Virus record (IMG/VR): IMGVR_UViG_3300022562_000520
Location: 36,294 to 100,293 of that record
DNA length: 64,000 nucleotides
From: a virus
Reading direction: 5' to 3' (one strand)
Under the pieces are notes generated by a model, which saw only the letters and a list, made by a program, of their open reading frames with translations, ran no database searches and had not been told where the DNA came from. Position numbers and translations under genes: made by a program. This document shows, one piece after another, positions 10,292 through 20,462 of the stretch. Each line of letters begins with the position of its first letter. Position 1 is the first letter of the stretch.

Positions 10292-12280
10292 TTAACCTTT
10301 TCTACCATTTCGTCCATATGTTCTATTTTTAACTTCACCAACTGTTCGTTCTTCGTTTGTTTTATCATAGGTGCGTGTACCTCGATGTCCTACAGTTGTT
10401 GATGAGGTTGTTGTTGGTTCTTTTATAGCTTCTTTCGTTGGTATATTTTTGTCACGCGGTTTAGTATTGGATGTTGTTTTATCAGAAACTGGAATACTCA
10501 TTAAATCTAATTCTTGTAAAAATTCACCATCTGAAAACATTTGTTTAACACCAAATATCATATAATATCCCTTATACCAAAAGTCTTCATATTCTGTGTT
10601 AAAGTCATTAGCATCAACGGGCATCTTTATATTTACTTTGCAAAGAGTTGGCGTTTTTAACCATTCAGGATTTATTGTCTTATTTTCTTTTGCATCTTCT
10701 GTCTTACCAGCTGCTAACTCGGAAGGAAGAATTAACAATTCGCCCAATAATTGCGGATTACCAAAAATTGTCATTTTAGCTTCTATATTTTCCAGTGCAG
10801 CATGGCGGCTTAATAACGCTTGAAAAGTTGCACTACTTACAGGATTTTTTGTATTACGAGCCATGGGTTGTTTAATTATAGAACCTAAAAACAAAGGTGT
10901 TTTTGGTCTTGTATTGTTTGCTTTATTAGCAGGAGACTGACCACTTTGATGTGTCATACCATTTATATCAGCTGTAAGTTTTGTTTTTTGGTCTGGAACT
11001 GTATCTGTAGTAGCAGCTATTTGAAAGAATGCCATACCCATTTCCATTTTAATATCGAAACTTTTAATGTCTACATTTTTACCAGTAAAAATATAATTAA
11101 AATCTATGGATTGGCCGGGTCTTGGTTTATATTCTTCACCTTTAGAAGCTGCATCAAATGGTTGTTCAATTAATTCATATCTATTAACATAATATTGTAC
11201 TACAAATTTGTCGTGGGCAGATTTTAACCCTGATGCGATTTTGTAAATATATCTTTTACCACTATCACCTTCTGTTCCATCCTTAATAACACCTTCACAC
11301 GAGGCCATTAATTTTTTAATTATTTCTTCGACGCCCAAATCTGAACCAAAATTATATGGGGTGTCAGAACCCCTACCACCTACTCTAATAGGTTCATTTG
11401 ATGCGGCTTGATATTCAGACTTATCGTAATCTGGTGCAATTATTTCATATGTAACTGGTCTATAATTATTTTGATAAAACTGTTTTGCTTGTTGGGCAGC
11501 TGAATCCTCCGAAATAGCATTTCCAGTTTTCTTAGCTTCTTCATATAGTGTGTTGGCATAATCTTCTATAGCCTGTTGTTCATATTCCTTATATGAATCA
11601 TTAACACGCAATGCCAATCTCTCAAAAGTTTTTGCTAATGTTTCACCTTGTACAACATTTATAGAAACACCATTAAAAATCTTTTGCGTGTGTGGTAGTT
11701 TACCTAGACCATTAACAGCCCCAACAAAATTCATTTTATATTTTGCACCAGAGCTATCAAATAATGCTGTAATATCGTAGTTTATAAACAAAAGTGGACG
11801 AATATTTGATATCATTTCTGTAGAACCATCGTCATTATGTCCAACAAAAATAGTCTTTAAAACAAATATCAAACCTACAGGATCAGTTTCTAAATCATCA
11901 CATATATCAGTTAATCTATTAAGAAAACTTGCGCCGAGCGGTTCTACTATTTCTAGTTCACCTTCTAATGACATAGATGTTGATTGTGGTATATCACCCT
12001 TACCAACATAATTTTCCATTGCTATTATATTTTCCCACGATGCATTAATAATAAAAAACCGCGCATCTGTTGTACCATCTATAATAGTTACATACTTATT
12101 ATTAGGATTTCCACCTATTTGTCTTGGTGTATATCTTGCCTGATTAAATGGATGTTGAAAAACGGTTATCTCACTAGTGTTTGATAACTCTTCGGCTGCT
12201 TCTGTACTATTACAGGCCATAAGAATGTGGTGATAAGCGTACGACCTGAATTTTCCAAGTATATTCTGTGGATTTGACAT
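10292..12280 (-). CDS. Baseplate hub protein (gp27-like)
   Basis: Lies directly upstream of gp5. NILGKFRSYAYH start, FNYIFTGKNVDI, MTIFGNPQ and YKGYYMIFGVKQMFSDGEFLQEL resemble jumbo-phage hub proteins. Confidence 0.6.
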   Translation of the reverse strand: MSNPQNILGKFRSYAYHHILMACNSTEAAEELSNTSEITVFQHPFNQARYTPRQIGGNPNNKYVTIIDGTTDARFFIINASWENIIAMENYVGKGDIPQSTSMSLEGELEIVEPLGASFLNRLTDICDDLETDPVGLIFVLKTIFVGHNDDGSTEMISNIRPLLFINYDITALFDSSGAKYKMNFVGAVNGLGKLPHTQKIFNGVSINVVQGETLAKTFERLALRVNDSYKEYEQQAIEDYANTLYEEAKKTGNAISEDSAAQQAKQFYQNNYRPVTYEIIAPDYDKSEYQAASNEPIRVGGRGSDTPYNFGSDLGVEEIIKKLMASCEGVIKDGTEGDSGKRYIYKIASGLKSAHDKFVVQYYVNRYELIEQPFDAASKGEEYKPRPGQSIDFNYIFTGKNVDIKSFDIKMEMGMAFFQIAATTDTVPDQKTKLTADINGMTHQSGQSPANKANNTRPKTPLFLGSIIKQPMARNTKNPVSSATFQALLSRHAALENIEAKMTIFGNPQLLGELLILPSELAAGKTEDAKENKTINPEWLKTPTLCKVNIKMPVDANDFNTEYEDFWYKGYYMIFGVKQMFSDGEFLQELDLMSIPVSDKTTSNTKPRDKNIPTKEAIKEPTTTSSTTVGHRGTRTYDKTNEERTVGEVKNRTYGRNGRKG

Positions 12281-12292
12281 TATATTCTCTTA

Positions 12293-12652
12293 TTATTTTA
12301 TAACTTTACCGCCTTCCGTTTTCGTCATTATATCTAACGTTAGGCGTTGTTTTGTTGGCATAACAATTTCTGCACCTGCAACAAGTTCTGTTACCGGGTC
12401 TACAATGTTGTTATATTGTAGAACTATCCATGCATAAGTTGCTTTACCATATAGACGATATGATAATAAATCTGGTCGTCCTGCTTCATGTTCACGCACA
12501 GTTATTCTAAGATCGTTGTCTTGTTTTTCTAGTGCACGTCTTTCCCACCAACCAAGTCTTTTGGTATATCTGTCTGTTAATCCGCCTTGTACCATGCGCG
12601 AATTTCTATTATCTACCGAATTTGTATTTCTATCATCAATACTGTAAGCCAT
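12293..12652 (-). CDS. gp53: Baseplate wedge gp53-like (LysM-like) protein
   Basis: GRPDLLSYRLYGKATYAWIVLQYNNIVDP matches the gp53/tail-X motif. Confidence 0.8.
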   Translation of the reverse strand: MAYSIDDRNTNSVDNRNSRMVQGGLTDRYTKRLGWWERRALEKQDNDLRITVREHEAGRPDLLSYRLYGKATYAWIVLQYNNIVDPVTELVAGAEIVMPTKQRLTLDIMTKTEGGKVIK

Positions 12653-12654
12653 AA

Positions 12655-13380
12655 TTAAAATCCTTGTAATATTCCTTTTTTGTACGCATCCAAATTAAAC
12701 CCTTCATATGAATTGGGTGAATGAGTTTCAATTAATGCTATATCAATATTCATTATTAGTGGCATTGGTACACCATTTGATGTAGTTATATAATCCATAT
12801 CATTAGGATAAGGTATTGTGAGTTGTTGTATAACAACAGGAACGCGGTTTATATGTTGTGAAACGTTCCATATGTTTGATGTATTACCAGATTTATTTTG
12901 TTTAGTTTCCGAACCAACATTTCGTGAATAGGCGCTCAGATAAAGAACTGGTGGTGGTGCACCCAATAATTCAGTACCATAGTATCTTTCCAAGTCTTCT
13001 TCATTATCTGATTGTGGTCTATATGGATCGTATCCGCCTTGTTCTCTGCGTGAACGGGCTTGTCGCTGGCCATCTTCTAATGTGGTACTGTTTCCAAACC
13101 GTGGCATACACCATGCGCGAAGTGTCCAAAGCTTTGCCAAGTTTCGGTCGGCTTCTTGAATTGTTCTAGAAATTAATTTAACGTCCGATATTTGAAAGGT
13201 GCGTGAAGCGGTATTCTTATACACCTGAATTTGACCGGGTGCGTGTAATGGGTCTAAAGAACCATAATTGACGCTTCTATTTTCCGAAACAGTTGGTGAT
13301 GCATCAAAAGATACAGTTTTTCCGCCGCGAGACGCAGCCGTCAACCTTACTTTATAGGGATTTTCTTGCGATTTTGCCAT
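12655..13380 (-). CDS. Tail-tube-fold baseplate/tube cap protein (gp48-like)
   Basis: GAPPPVLYLSAY and VPVVIQQLTIPYPNDMDY resemble tube-initiator proteins. First gene of the baseplate operon. Confidence 0.6.
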   Translation of the reverse strand: MAKSQENPYKVRLTAASRGGKTVSFDASPTVSENRSVNYGSLDPLHAPGQIQVYKNTASRTFQISDVKLISRTIQEADRNLAKLWTLRAWCMPRFGNSTTLEDGQRQARSRREQGGYDPYRPQSDNEEDLERYYGTELLGAPPPVLYLSAYSRNVGSETKQNKSGNTSNIWNVSQHINRVPVVIQQLTIPYPNDMDYITTSNGVPMPLIMNIDIALIETHSPNSYEGFNLDAYKKGILQGF

Positions 13381-13418
13381 ATAATTTCCTTAACCTATGT
13401 TACTGATATTTATTACAG

Positions 13419-13447
13419 TTGACATAGCTTAAAAAGTGATATATAAT
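13419..13447 (+). promoter_or_regulatory. Consensus sigma70 (early) promoter for gp55-gp47-gp46
   Basis: TTGACA (13419-24), 17 bp, TATAAT (13442-47); GGAGA RBS downstream. Confidence 0.85.
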
Positions 13448-13467
13448 ACTGATAATTGGAGAATAAA

Positions 13468-13989
13468 ATGGCAAAAGAAGAACAAAAAACGCCACCCAAG
13501 AAAAAAACTAACTATTTAAGAAATAAAGACTTGCTTGTTGAAGTCATAGCCTGTAAAGAAACAGGCGTAATGTCAGACACACTAGCAAGAATGCTTCAAT
13601 TACTTACAGCAAAATATGGCCGGTCAGCGCAGTTTGGCGGTTATACTTTTAATGAAGATATGCAGGCATATGCGATGATGATGTTATGTAAAACGTGGTC
13701 TAGTTTTGACCCGATGCGCAGTGATAATCCATTCGCATACTATACGCAAAGCATTAAAAATTCATTCAAACAATTCTTAAATCGTGAAAAAGTTCAAAGG
13801 GTTGTACGAGATGAATTATTAGTTAAACGTGGTTTAAATCCATCGTTTACATACTTGGCTGAATATGCAGATTCCGATCATCACCATGTCCATGATGAAG
13901 AAGATCACAACCAAGTAATGCAGGACATGAAAGATATAAATGATAGTGAAGATAGTTCTTCAGATGATTTAATTTCTTTCGACAAATAA
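13468..13989 (+). CDS. gp55: Late-transcription sigma factor, T4 gp55-like
   Basis: NYLRNKDLL, FGGYTFNEDMQAYA, FDPMRSDNPFAYYTQSIKNSF and an acidic C-tail. ATG at 13468 follows GGAGA. Confidence 0.92.
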   Translation: MAKEEQKTPPKKKTNYLRNKDLLVEVIACKETGVMSDTLARMLQLLTAKYGRSAQFGGYTFNEDMQAYAMMMLCKTWSSFDPMRSDNPFAYYTQSIKNSFKQFLNREKVQRVVRDELLVKRGLNPSFTYLAEYADSDHHHVHDEEDHNQVMQDMKDINDSEDSSSDDLISFDK

Positions 13990-14019
13990 TATAACTATAA
14001 AAAATAGGAAATAATAAAA

Positions 14020-15084
14020 ATGGGAAATCAGCCTAGGTTGATGAAAGGCGCATTTTTCAGCGATATACACGTAGGTGCTAAATCGAATTCACAACAGCAC
14101 AATGATGACTGTATGGAATATATTAACTGGTTCTGTGATAAGGTTAGATCAGATCCTGATATAGACTATGTTTGTTTTTGTGGTGATTGGCATGAAGTTA
14201 GAAACGCTGTCAATGTATTCACTTTAACATATTCTTACCAAATTGCTTCCAAAATCAATGATTTAGGTCTTCCAGTATTTTTTATCATAGGAAACCACGA
14301 TTTATATAATAGAAATAACAGGGAAATATATTCAGTTATTCCTTTTCACGAATTTGAAAACTTTACCATAATTGATAAACCTACCGTTTTTGACAACATT
14401 GGTGATGGTGTATTGATGTGTCCATTCCTATTTCATGAAGAATACCCTAGTTTAATTGACTACAATAACATTCCTTTTTGGGTAGGGCATTTTGAATTTA
14501 AAGGATTTATAGTTACAGGTTATAATATTACCATGAAAACAGGCCCAGACCATACGGACTTTTCTGCGCCAGAAAATATTATTTCTGGACATTTTCACAA
14601 ACGACAAACTAGTGGTAATGTAACTTATATCGGAAATACGTTTCCTACAAACTTCAGTGATGCTGATGACAGTGAACGAGGTATGATGGTATTTGACCAT
14701 GGTACTAAAACTATGGTATTCTATGATTGGGAAGATTGTCCAAGATATACAAAAGCAAAATTAACAGATATTGTTGGTGAAAAGGTTACACTTTACCCCA
14801 AATCGCGGGTACGCTGCATTGCAGACATTCCTATAACTTATGAAGAAAGTATAGAGTTAAGAAGAACTTTTATGGAAGGTTATAATTTGCGGGAATTTAC
14901 AATTGAAGAATCTATTGAAATTCATGAAGCATTAACGGATACCGAGGTTGATATTGATATGGCGGCTGAAGATGATGGAAAAGATCTTGGTTCGACAGAC
15001 GAAATGGTAATTGACATGTTAAAGGCTATAGATTCAGAATTAATTAATAGCGACTTGTTAGTAGACATATACCAAAAAGTATAA
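14020..15084 (+). CDS. gp47: Mre11/SbcD-like recombination nuclease
   Basis: Metallophosphoesterase motifs SDIH, GDWH, IGNHD and SGHFH. Confidence 0.93.
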   Translation: MGNQPRLMKGAFFSDIHVGAKSNSQQHNDDCMEYINWFCDKVRSDPDIDYVCFCGDWHEVRNAVNVFTLTYSYQIASKINDLGLPVFFIIGNHDLYNRNNREIYSVIPFHEFENFTIIDKPTVFDNIGDGVLMCPFLFHEEYPSLIDYNNIPFWVGHFEFKGFIVTGYNITMKTGPDHTDFSAPENIISGHFHKRQTSGNVTYIGNTFPTNFSDADDSERGMMVFDHGTKTMVFYDWEDCPRYTKAKLTDIVGEKVTLYPKSRVRCIADIPITYEESIELRRTFMEGYNLREFTIEESIEIHEALTDTEVDIDMAAEDDGKDLGSTDEMVIDMLKAIDSELINSDLLVDIYQKV

Positions 15085-15110
15085 CATAAAAAATAAAAAA
15101 TAATAATGTA

Positions 15111-17405
15111 ATGATTAGGTTTAAAACACTTTCGATTAAAAATTTTCTTTCTTATGGTGAAGCACCAACAGTGATCAATCTTGATGATGTTGGCACTACA
15201 TTAATAGTTGGGGAAGATTTAGATAATACTGCAAGCGGTACAGGTGCTAATGGTGTTGGAAAAACTGTTTGGATAAATGCACTTATCTATGCTTTATATG
15301 GTAAACCCATATCTAAAATTTCCATGGACAATCTTATTAATAATATTAATAAGAAAAATATGGAAGTAGCGGTTGAATTTGAAAAAAATGGTGAATTAAT
15401 TACCGTAATGCGTGGACGAAAAATAACAGGCGTTGGTAATTTATCAAAAATATACATTCGTCCGGCTGGAACAGATTTAAATTTAGATAGTACGGAACAA
15501 GATAAAACACCAGCCAATCCAAAAGAATTTGATAATTTTATCGTGGAAAAACTTGGCATACCATATGAACTGTTTGTTCGTATAGTTGCTTTTGCTGCTA
15601 CTCATACGCCATTTTTAGAACTCCCTGTTCGTGCCGCATCAGGTGCAAACCAATCAGATATTATGGAAGAATTGTTTAGATTAACCCAATTATCTGTTAA
15701 AGCTGAAGGACTTAAAGAAGCAATAAAAGACACCAAACAGCGCCTTGAAATTAAAATTAAACACAATGAACAATTAGAAAAAGAACACAATCGCCATAAT
15801 ATACAATTGGAATCTGCACGTGCGCGTGTAAATGATTGGGAAGAAACCCGCAACGATGATATTGAAAAGATTAAAGTTGAATTGACAAAGTTTGAAAATG
15901 TTCCTATAAAGGAACAAGAGTCACTTTATAAGCGTATTGATAAGGTTAAAACTGAACTTCTAAAAGTAAAAGAAGAACAGAAAGAAGTTGAATCTGTGGT
16001 TACTAAAATAAGTACCGAATATACAATAGCCACAACTAATATTAAACGCTTCAAGGAAGAAAAGGAAAAAATTGTAAACTGGAAAGACGAAAATATTAAA
16101 AAGGCCGCAGCATATAAAGAGGCCGCAGAAAGATTGCCCGAAGCATATGTCCTTTCAAAGCAGAAAGAATTACATGATGGATTAACGGTTTTAACAGAAG
16201 AACTAGACGAGTTGAATTCAAAAAAAGCCGATTTGGAATATTTTATAAAAGATACAAATAAAATTACAGAAAAACTCCAAGAAGAACTTCAACACCTTGA
16301 AGAAGCGAAGTGTCCATATTGTTTACAGAAATATGAAAGTAAAGATAAAATAAAGGATGCTCAACATACCATAAAAAACAAAAAGCAGGAAGAAGTTGAT
16401 GCCACATTACTTTTAGATGTTGTTATAAAAAATATTAGCGGTACTAAAAATAATATTGACATGATATCTGAAGAAATCAAATATACTGTTAAAGAAATAG
16501 AAAATTATGAACGTGAACGTGTAGAATATGCTAAGAAAATGGAAGAACTTCTCAACGAAAAATGTCCATATGGTGATAAACATGGTACGGGTGATTTGAT
16601 TGATGCGATACACATTTTAGAAAAAGAGGCTGAAGAATTAAAAGAACGATTGGATGAAGAAGCTGATCGTTTAGTAGAAGTAGATGAAATAGTATCTGCA
16701 CTCGAAAAAGAAGTTTTACAATGTAAAAATGCTATTACTATTTCATCGATTGATGAATTATACCAGATTAAAAACAAAATTATACAACTTAAAGATAAGA
16801 TTAAAGAACTTGAAGATTCAGTAAACCCATATTTAGAACCATTAAAAGAACTAGAGATGATTGAGCTTGAACCAATTGATATGGATTCTATAAATGAACT
16901 TGATAATTTGATGAAGCACCAAAACTATTTATTGAAACTTTTAACCAAAAAAGATAGTTTTATTAGAAAGACGCTTTTGAATAGAAACCTTTCATTCTTA
17001 AATCATCGATTAAAGGAATACTTAATTGCCCTAGGTCTACCGCATAAGGTTGAATTTACTCATGAAATGACAGCCCATATTTCACAATTTGGGCGGGAAC
17101 TTGATTTTGGCAACCTATCTAGCGGTCAGAAGGCGCGTGTTAATCTTGCGTTGTCGTTTTCATTCAGGGATGTGCTTCAAAAATCACATGATAGTATAAA
17201 CGTGTGTATGCTTGATGAAGTTTTAGACGTTGGCCTCGATTCAGTAGGTGTTCAAAATGCCGCAAGAATGTTAAAACGAAAAGCACGCGATGAAGATTTA
17301 GCGCTTTTCATAATTTCCCATAGGGATGAAGTCAGCAACATTTTCGATAAGAAAATGGTAGTTCAAATGACAAAAGGTTTTAGTTCTGTAAAAGAAGAAG
17401 AATGA
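15111..17405 (+). CDS. gp46: Rad50/SbcC-like recombination ATPase
   Basis: KNFLSYG, Walker A GANGVGKT, zinc hook CPYC, signature LSSGQ, Walker B LDEVLD and H-loop ISH. Confidence 0.95.
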   Translation: MIRFKTLSIKNFLSYGEAPTVINLDDVGTTLIVGEDLDNTASGTGANGVGKTVWINALIYALYGKPISKISMDNLINNINKKNMEVAVEFEKNGELITVMRGRKITGVGNLSKIYIRPAGTDLNLDSTEQDKTPANPKEFDNFIVEKLGIPYELFVRIVAFAATHTPFLELPVRAASGANQSDIMEELFRLTQLSVKAEGLKEAIKDTKQRLEIKIKHNEQLEKEHNRHNIQLESARARVNDWEETRNDDIEKIKVELTKFENVPIKEQESLYKRIDKVKTELLKVKEEQKEVESVVTKISTEYTIATTNIKRFKEEKEKIVNWKDENIKKAAAYKEAAERLPEAYVLSKQKELHDGLTVLTEELDELNSKKADLEYFIKDTNKITEKLQEELQHLEEAKCPYCLQKYESKDKIKDAQHTIKNKKQEEVDATLLLDVVIKNISGTKNNIDMISEEIKYTVKEIENYERERVEYAKKMEELLNEKCPYGDKHGTGDLIDAIHILEKEAEELKERLDEEADRLVEVDEIVSALEKEVLQCKNAITISSIDELYQIKNKIIQLKDKIKELEDSVNPYLEPLKELEMIELEPIDMDSINELDNLMKHQNYLLKLLTKKDSFIRKTLLNRNLSFLNHRLKEYLIALGLPHKVEFTHEMTAHISQFGRELDFGNLSSGQKARVNLALSFSFRDVLQKSHDSINVCMLDEVLDVGLDSVGVQNAARMLKRKARDEDLALFIISHRDEVSNIFDKKMVVQMTKGFSSVKEEE

Positions 17406-18328
17406 TGAAATTTAGAAAAGTTACCTTTAATAATAATGATTATGGAATCGTCACAATTGATGATGAAGCACCCACGAATATTGTAGAATTTGATTTAACC
17501 CAAATACATTTAGTTGAAAATCCCATGCCTGGAATGGAAGTACAACCATCTAATATGTTATTGGAAATTGGTGATTTACTTTATGTCCATGGAACAACCC
17601 ACGTATATGATGGGACAACATGGTTATGTGTTGATGTTGTTGAAACTAATGATGAAATTTTTATGCAAACTCCAATAAAAAGCCACCCCGGACGTGTATA
17701 CCCACGTGCAGATAAAACTATCAGATTAGATGTATCTGAAACAAAAACAATGTCTTATTGGAATAAAGGTATAGATGGTAAATGGCACATGTTCGTTACT
17801 GTTGAAGAAGGTGGAAAAGTTAAGGATAGATATATCGACGGTTTAATTGTCGATAAAAAACAGTGGGATGAATTAGTAGTTCCTCCCGCAGATTGTTGTA
17901 TAGATACACCAAAAACAGAATCTCCGCATAAATACAACAAATCATTAAACATAATGGAGAAACAGATGAACGACCAAGATACACTTCTTGCAGCTAAAAC
18001 AGTAATTAAAGACGTAATGATACATCACCTTTTTGAACCTATCGACAGGATAACCTTTTCTTCCATGGAAAAAATGATTATTGATAGATTGATTGATACT
18101 ATCGATATTGATTTTTCGGTGGATGTGGATTTATATAAAGATGATGATGTAAAAGTCAAACTTATTCTTTACTGGAATGATGATATACACAAAGATACAG
18201 TAATTACAGCAAGTTATGCTGATTGTCCTGTTTTCTTTGATGGTGAAAAGAATGAAAGACCTGTAACAAAAGAATCTGAAAAGGAAATTAAATTTCGCGC
18301 ATTTGATGATGCGATGGGAGTTGTATAA
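17402..18328 (+). CDS. Hypothetical protein with a tail-sheath-C-terminus-like segment and C-terminal AFDDAMGVV tag
   Basis: 308-aa ORF coupled to gp46 by an ATGA overlap. HHLFEPIDRITF resembles SFVFEPNDQLTR in this phage's own sheath. Confidence 0.6.
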   Translation: MMKFRKVTFNNNDYGIVTIDDEAPTNIVEFDLTQIHLVENPMPGMEVQPSNMLLEIGDLLYVHGTTHVYDGTTWLCVDVVETNDEIFMQTPIKSHPGRVYPRADKTIRLDVSETKTMSYWNKGIDGKWHMFVTVEEGGKVKDRYIDGLIVDKKQWDELVVPPADCCIDTPKTESPHKYNKSLNIMEKQMNDQDTLLAAKTVIKDVMIHHLFEPIDRITFSSMEKMIIDRLIDTIDIDFSVDVDLYKDDDVKVKLILYWNDDIHKDTVITASYADCPVFFDGEKNERPVTKESEKEIKFRAFDDAMGVV

Positions 18329-18669
18329 TGAAGTACTGGAAGGAAGATGAAGTTCAAGTTCTTCCTTATTGGGAAGGTAGTAGAATTTTACCATATCATC
18401 ATCCTGCTTCTAGGGTTGTAGACCATGATACAGGTTCAACAGTCTTTGAATGTGAAATTATTCCTTTTACGGAAAGAGAAGCGGAATATATTGACCATAT
18501 TGAAAAAACACTTGTAACTGGAAAATGTGTAAAGGTTGAAATTCGTGAATGGAGCGCAAATAGTTTAATGGGCGTTCGTCATGAAGTAGTATCATTAAAC
18601 AGTATGGGATATCTTGAAGAACCTGATAATAAAGATGCCACGTTCGCACGGGCAATGAAAATTGTATAA
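18328..18669 (+). CDS. Hypothetical protein with C-terminal TFARAMKIV tag
   Basis: 113-aa ORF with TAATG overlap and GGGAG RBS. Confidence 0.65.
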   Translation: MKYWKEDEVQVLPYWEGSRILPYHHPASRVVDHDTGSTVFECEIIPFTEREAEYIDHIEKTLVTGKCVKVEIREWSANSLMGVRHEVVSLNSMGYLEEPDNKDATFARAMKIV

Positions 18670-18772
18670 TAATAACATAATATAACTTGTTATTATTAAA
18701 AAAGAATTTATAAGTTATTGAATTCTTTTAAATGTGTAGCTAAATACTACCGTTTATAAGGACAATAACTAT

Positions 18773-19441
18773 ATGTACATATGTTACCAGTGGACTTGCA
18801 CTGCAAATAATAAAAAATATGTTGGTGTTACAAAAAATACACTCAATGTTAGGTGGCAAAGACATTGCTACGATGCCGATAATGGTAGTCAGTGCCTATT
18901 TCATAAGGCAATACGAAAATATGGTAAGGATGCCTTTAATGGGGTTATTTTAGCTACTACCAAAAGTGAAAAAGAAGTTTTATCACTTGAAAATAAGTAC
19001 ATTGAAGAAAATGGTACATTAGCAGATAAACATGGATATAACTTAACTACAGGTGGTGAATATCCAAAACTTAGCAAAGAGTTACGAAATTATTTGTCAG
19101 AAAAGGCTAAACAAAGAAAGCCAGTTTCTAATAAAACAAAAAGAAAGTTATCAAAAAGTCTTAAGGGAAATACCAATAAAAAAGGTAAATTGTTATCCCA
19201 AAAGACCAAAGATAAAATTTCTGAAAAATTAAAGGGGACAAAACAACCCGAATACGTTAAAATAAAACGTAGAGGTCAAAACCATTACAATGCTAAAAAA
19301 GTAATGGTGGATGGTACGATATATGCTACTATTTTAGAAGCCTCAGAAAAGTTAAGTATTCCTTATGGGACGGTTTATAATCGTATTAAAAGTTTAAATA
19401 CTAAGTTTGGTAGTTATCATCTAATAGAAGGATGTGTATGA
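18773..19441 (+). mobile_element. Free-standing GIY-YIG homing endonuclease with NUMOD3-type DNA-binding repeats
   Basis: YICYQWTC...KKYVGVT, RWQRH, FHKAIRKYG, E-x-x-YI, GYNLTTGG, and repeats SxxTKxKLSxxLKG. TAAATA box and AAGGA upstream. Confidence 0.88.
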
Positions 19442-19920
19442 TGCGCATCCTTGGAATAGACCAAAGCTACACTTCTACTGGAATAGTGGTTTTGGAAAAT
19501 GGTAAAATGATTTATTCGGAACGTTTCGTATCAGATAAGGAACGGGATCGTTTTGGTCAGGCATATGAAATAGCTTTACATATCGCAAGTGTATATGATA
19601 AATTTGCACCTGATATTGTAGCTCTTGAAGGACTTGCCTTTGGAATGAAAGGTAATGCGACTAGGGATTTGGGTGGATTACAATTTGTAATTGTTTGTCA
19701 CCTTCAGGAAGTTAAAAAACAACCTGTAAAAATTATTGCTCCTCTAACTGTGAAAAAATTTGCTACAGAAAGTGGACGAGCGAAAAAAGAAGAAATGATA
19801 GAAAGCTTGCCCAAAAATATCTTAAAAGAATTTGAGGATATGGGGTTAAAGAAAACTACAGGGCTTGCAGACCTTGCTGATGCATACTGGATTGCAAAGA
19901 CAGTAGAGAACTTAAAATAA
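19438..19920 (+). CDS. ruvC: RuvC-like Holliday junction resolvase
   Basis: RILGIDQSYTSTG, VALEG, VKKFATESGRAKKEEM and DLADAYWIA give the D/E/D/D catalytic set. Confidence 0.88.
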   Translation: MMRILGIDQSYTSTGIVVLENGKMIYSERFVSDKERDRFGQAYEIALHIASVYDKFAPDIVALEGLAFGMKGNATRDLGGLQFVIVCHLQEVKKQPVKIIAPLTVKKFATESGRAKKEEMIESLPKNILKEFEDMGLKKTTGLADLADAYWIAKTVENLK

Positions 19921-19932
19921 AAGGTAAAAAGT

Positions 19933-20157
19933 ATGGCAACATACACATACAAATGTACAAATGAAAAATGCGATCTTAACACGCTGGCTGATGAGCCTAT
20001 AATTTTAGAAGTTCAACAAAGTATGAAAGACGAACCACTCACTATTTGTCCAGATTGTAAGAAAGAAACATTAAAAAAGGTTATAATGTCCGCAGGTGGT
20101 GGATTCCGAATTGGCGGAAAAGGTGTACATAAACCGACAGCGCACTGGGGCAGTTGA
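19933..20157 (+). CDS. FmdB-family zinc-ribbon protein
   Basis: MATYTYKCxxxxC...QSMKDEPLTICPDC...LKKVI...GFRIGGKG. Confidence 0.8.
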   Translation: MATYTYKCTNEKCDLNTLADEPIILEVQQSMKDEPLTICPDCKKETLKKVIMSAGGGFRIGGKGVHKPTAHWGS

Positions 20158-20462
20158 TGGGCTGCTGGAAGGAAGATATTAAAAATCTTACTTCCAGTGA
20201 AAATCCTCTCTCCTTTTATAACTGGATACAGATATTAAATTTTTTTGAAAACCATAAAAACGAATTAGATATAGAAGATGTTCAATTAATAGTAGATAGA
20301 TCAGAAAAAATTAGATTATATGTAAATGAAGAATATCGTTCAAGGATAGAACGATGTGAAGTACGACCAAATGTATATCTACATTTGGAAAATCTCAAGG
20401 AAGAAAAAAGCAGAAGTGACATACAAGTCAACGAAGACAATCTTATTGCTTGTCACCAATAA
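20154..20462 (+). CDS. Hypothetical protein
   Basis: 102-aa ORF overlapping the preceding stop; start position uncertain. Confidence 0.5.
   Translation: MMGCWKEDIKNLTSSENPLSFYNWIQILNFFENHKNELDIEDVQLIVDRSEKIRLYVNEEYRSRIERCEVRPNVYLHLENLKEEKSRSDIQVNEDNLIACHQ

Noticed and set aside
16555-16575. Second zinc hook in gp46
   Set aside because: CPYG lacks the second Cys and aligns better with the later NPY motif.
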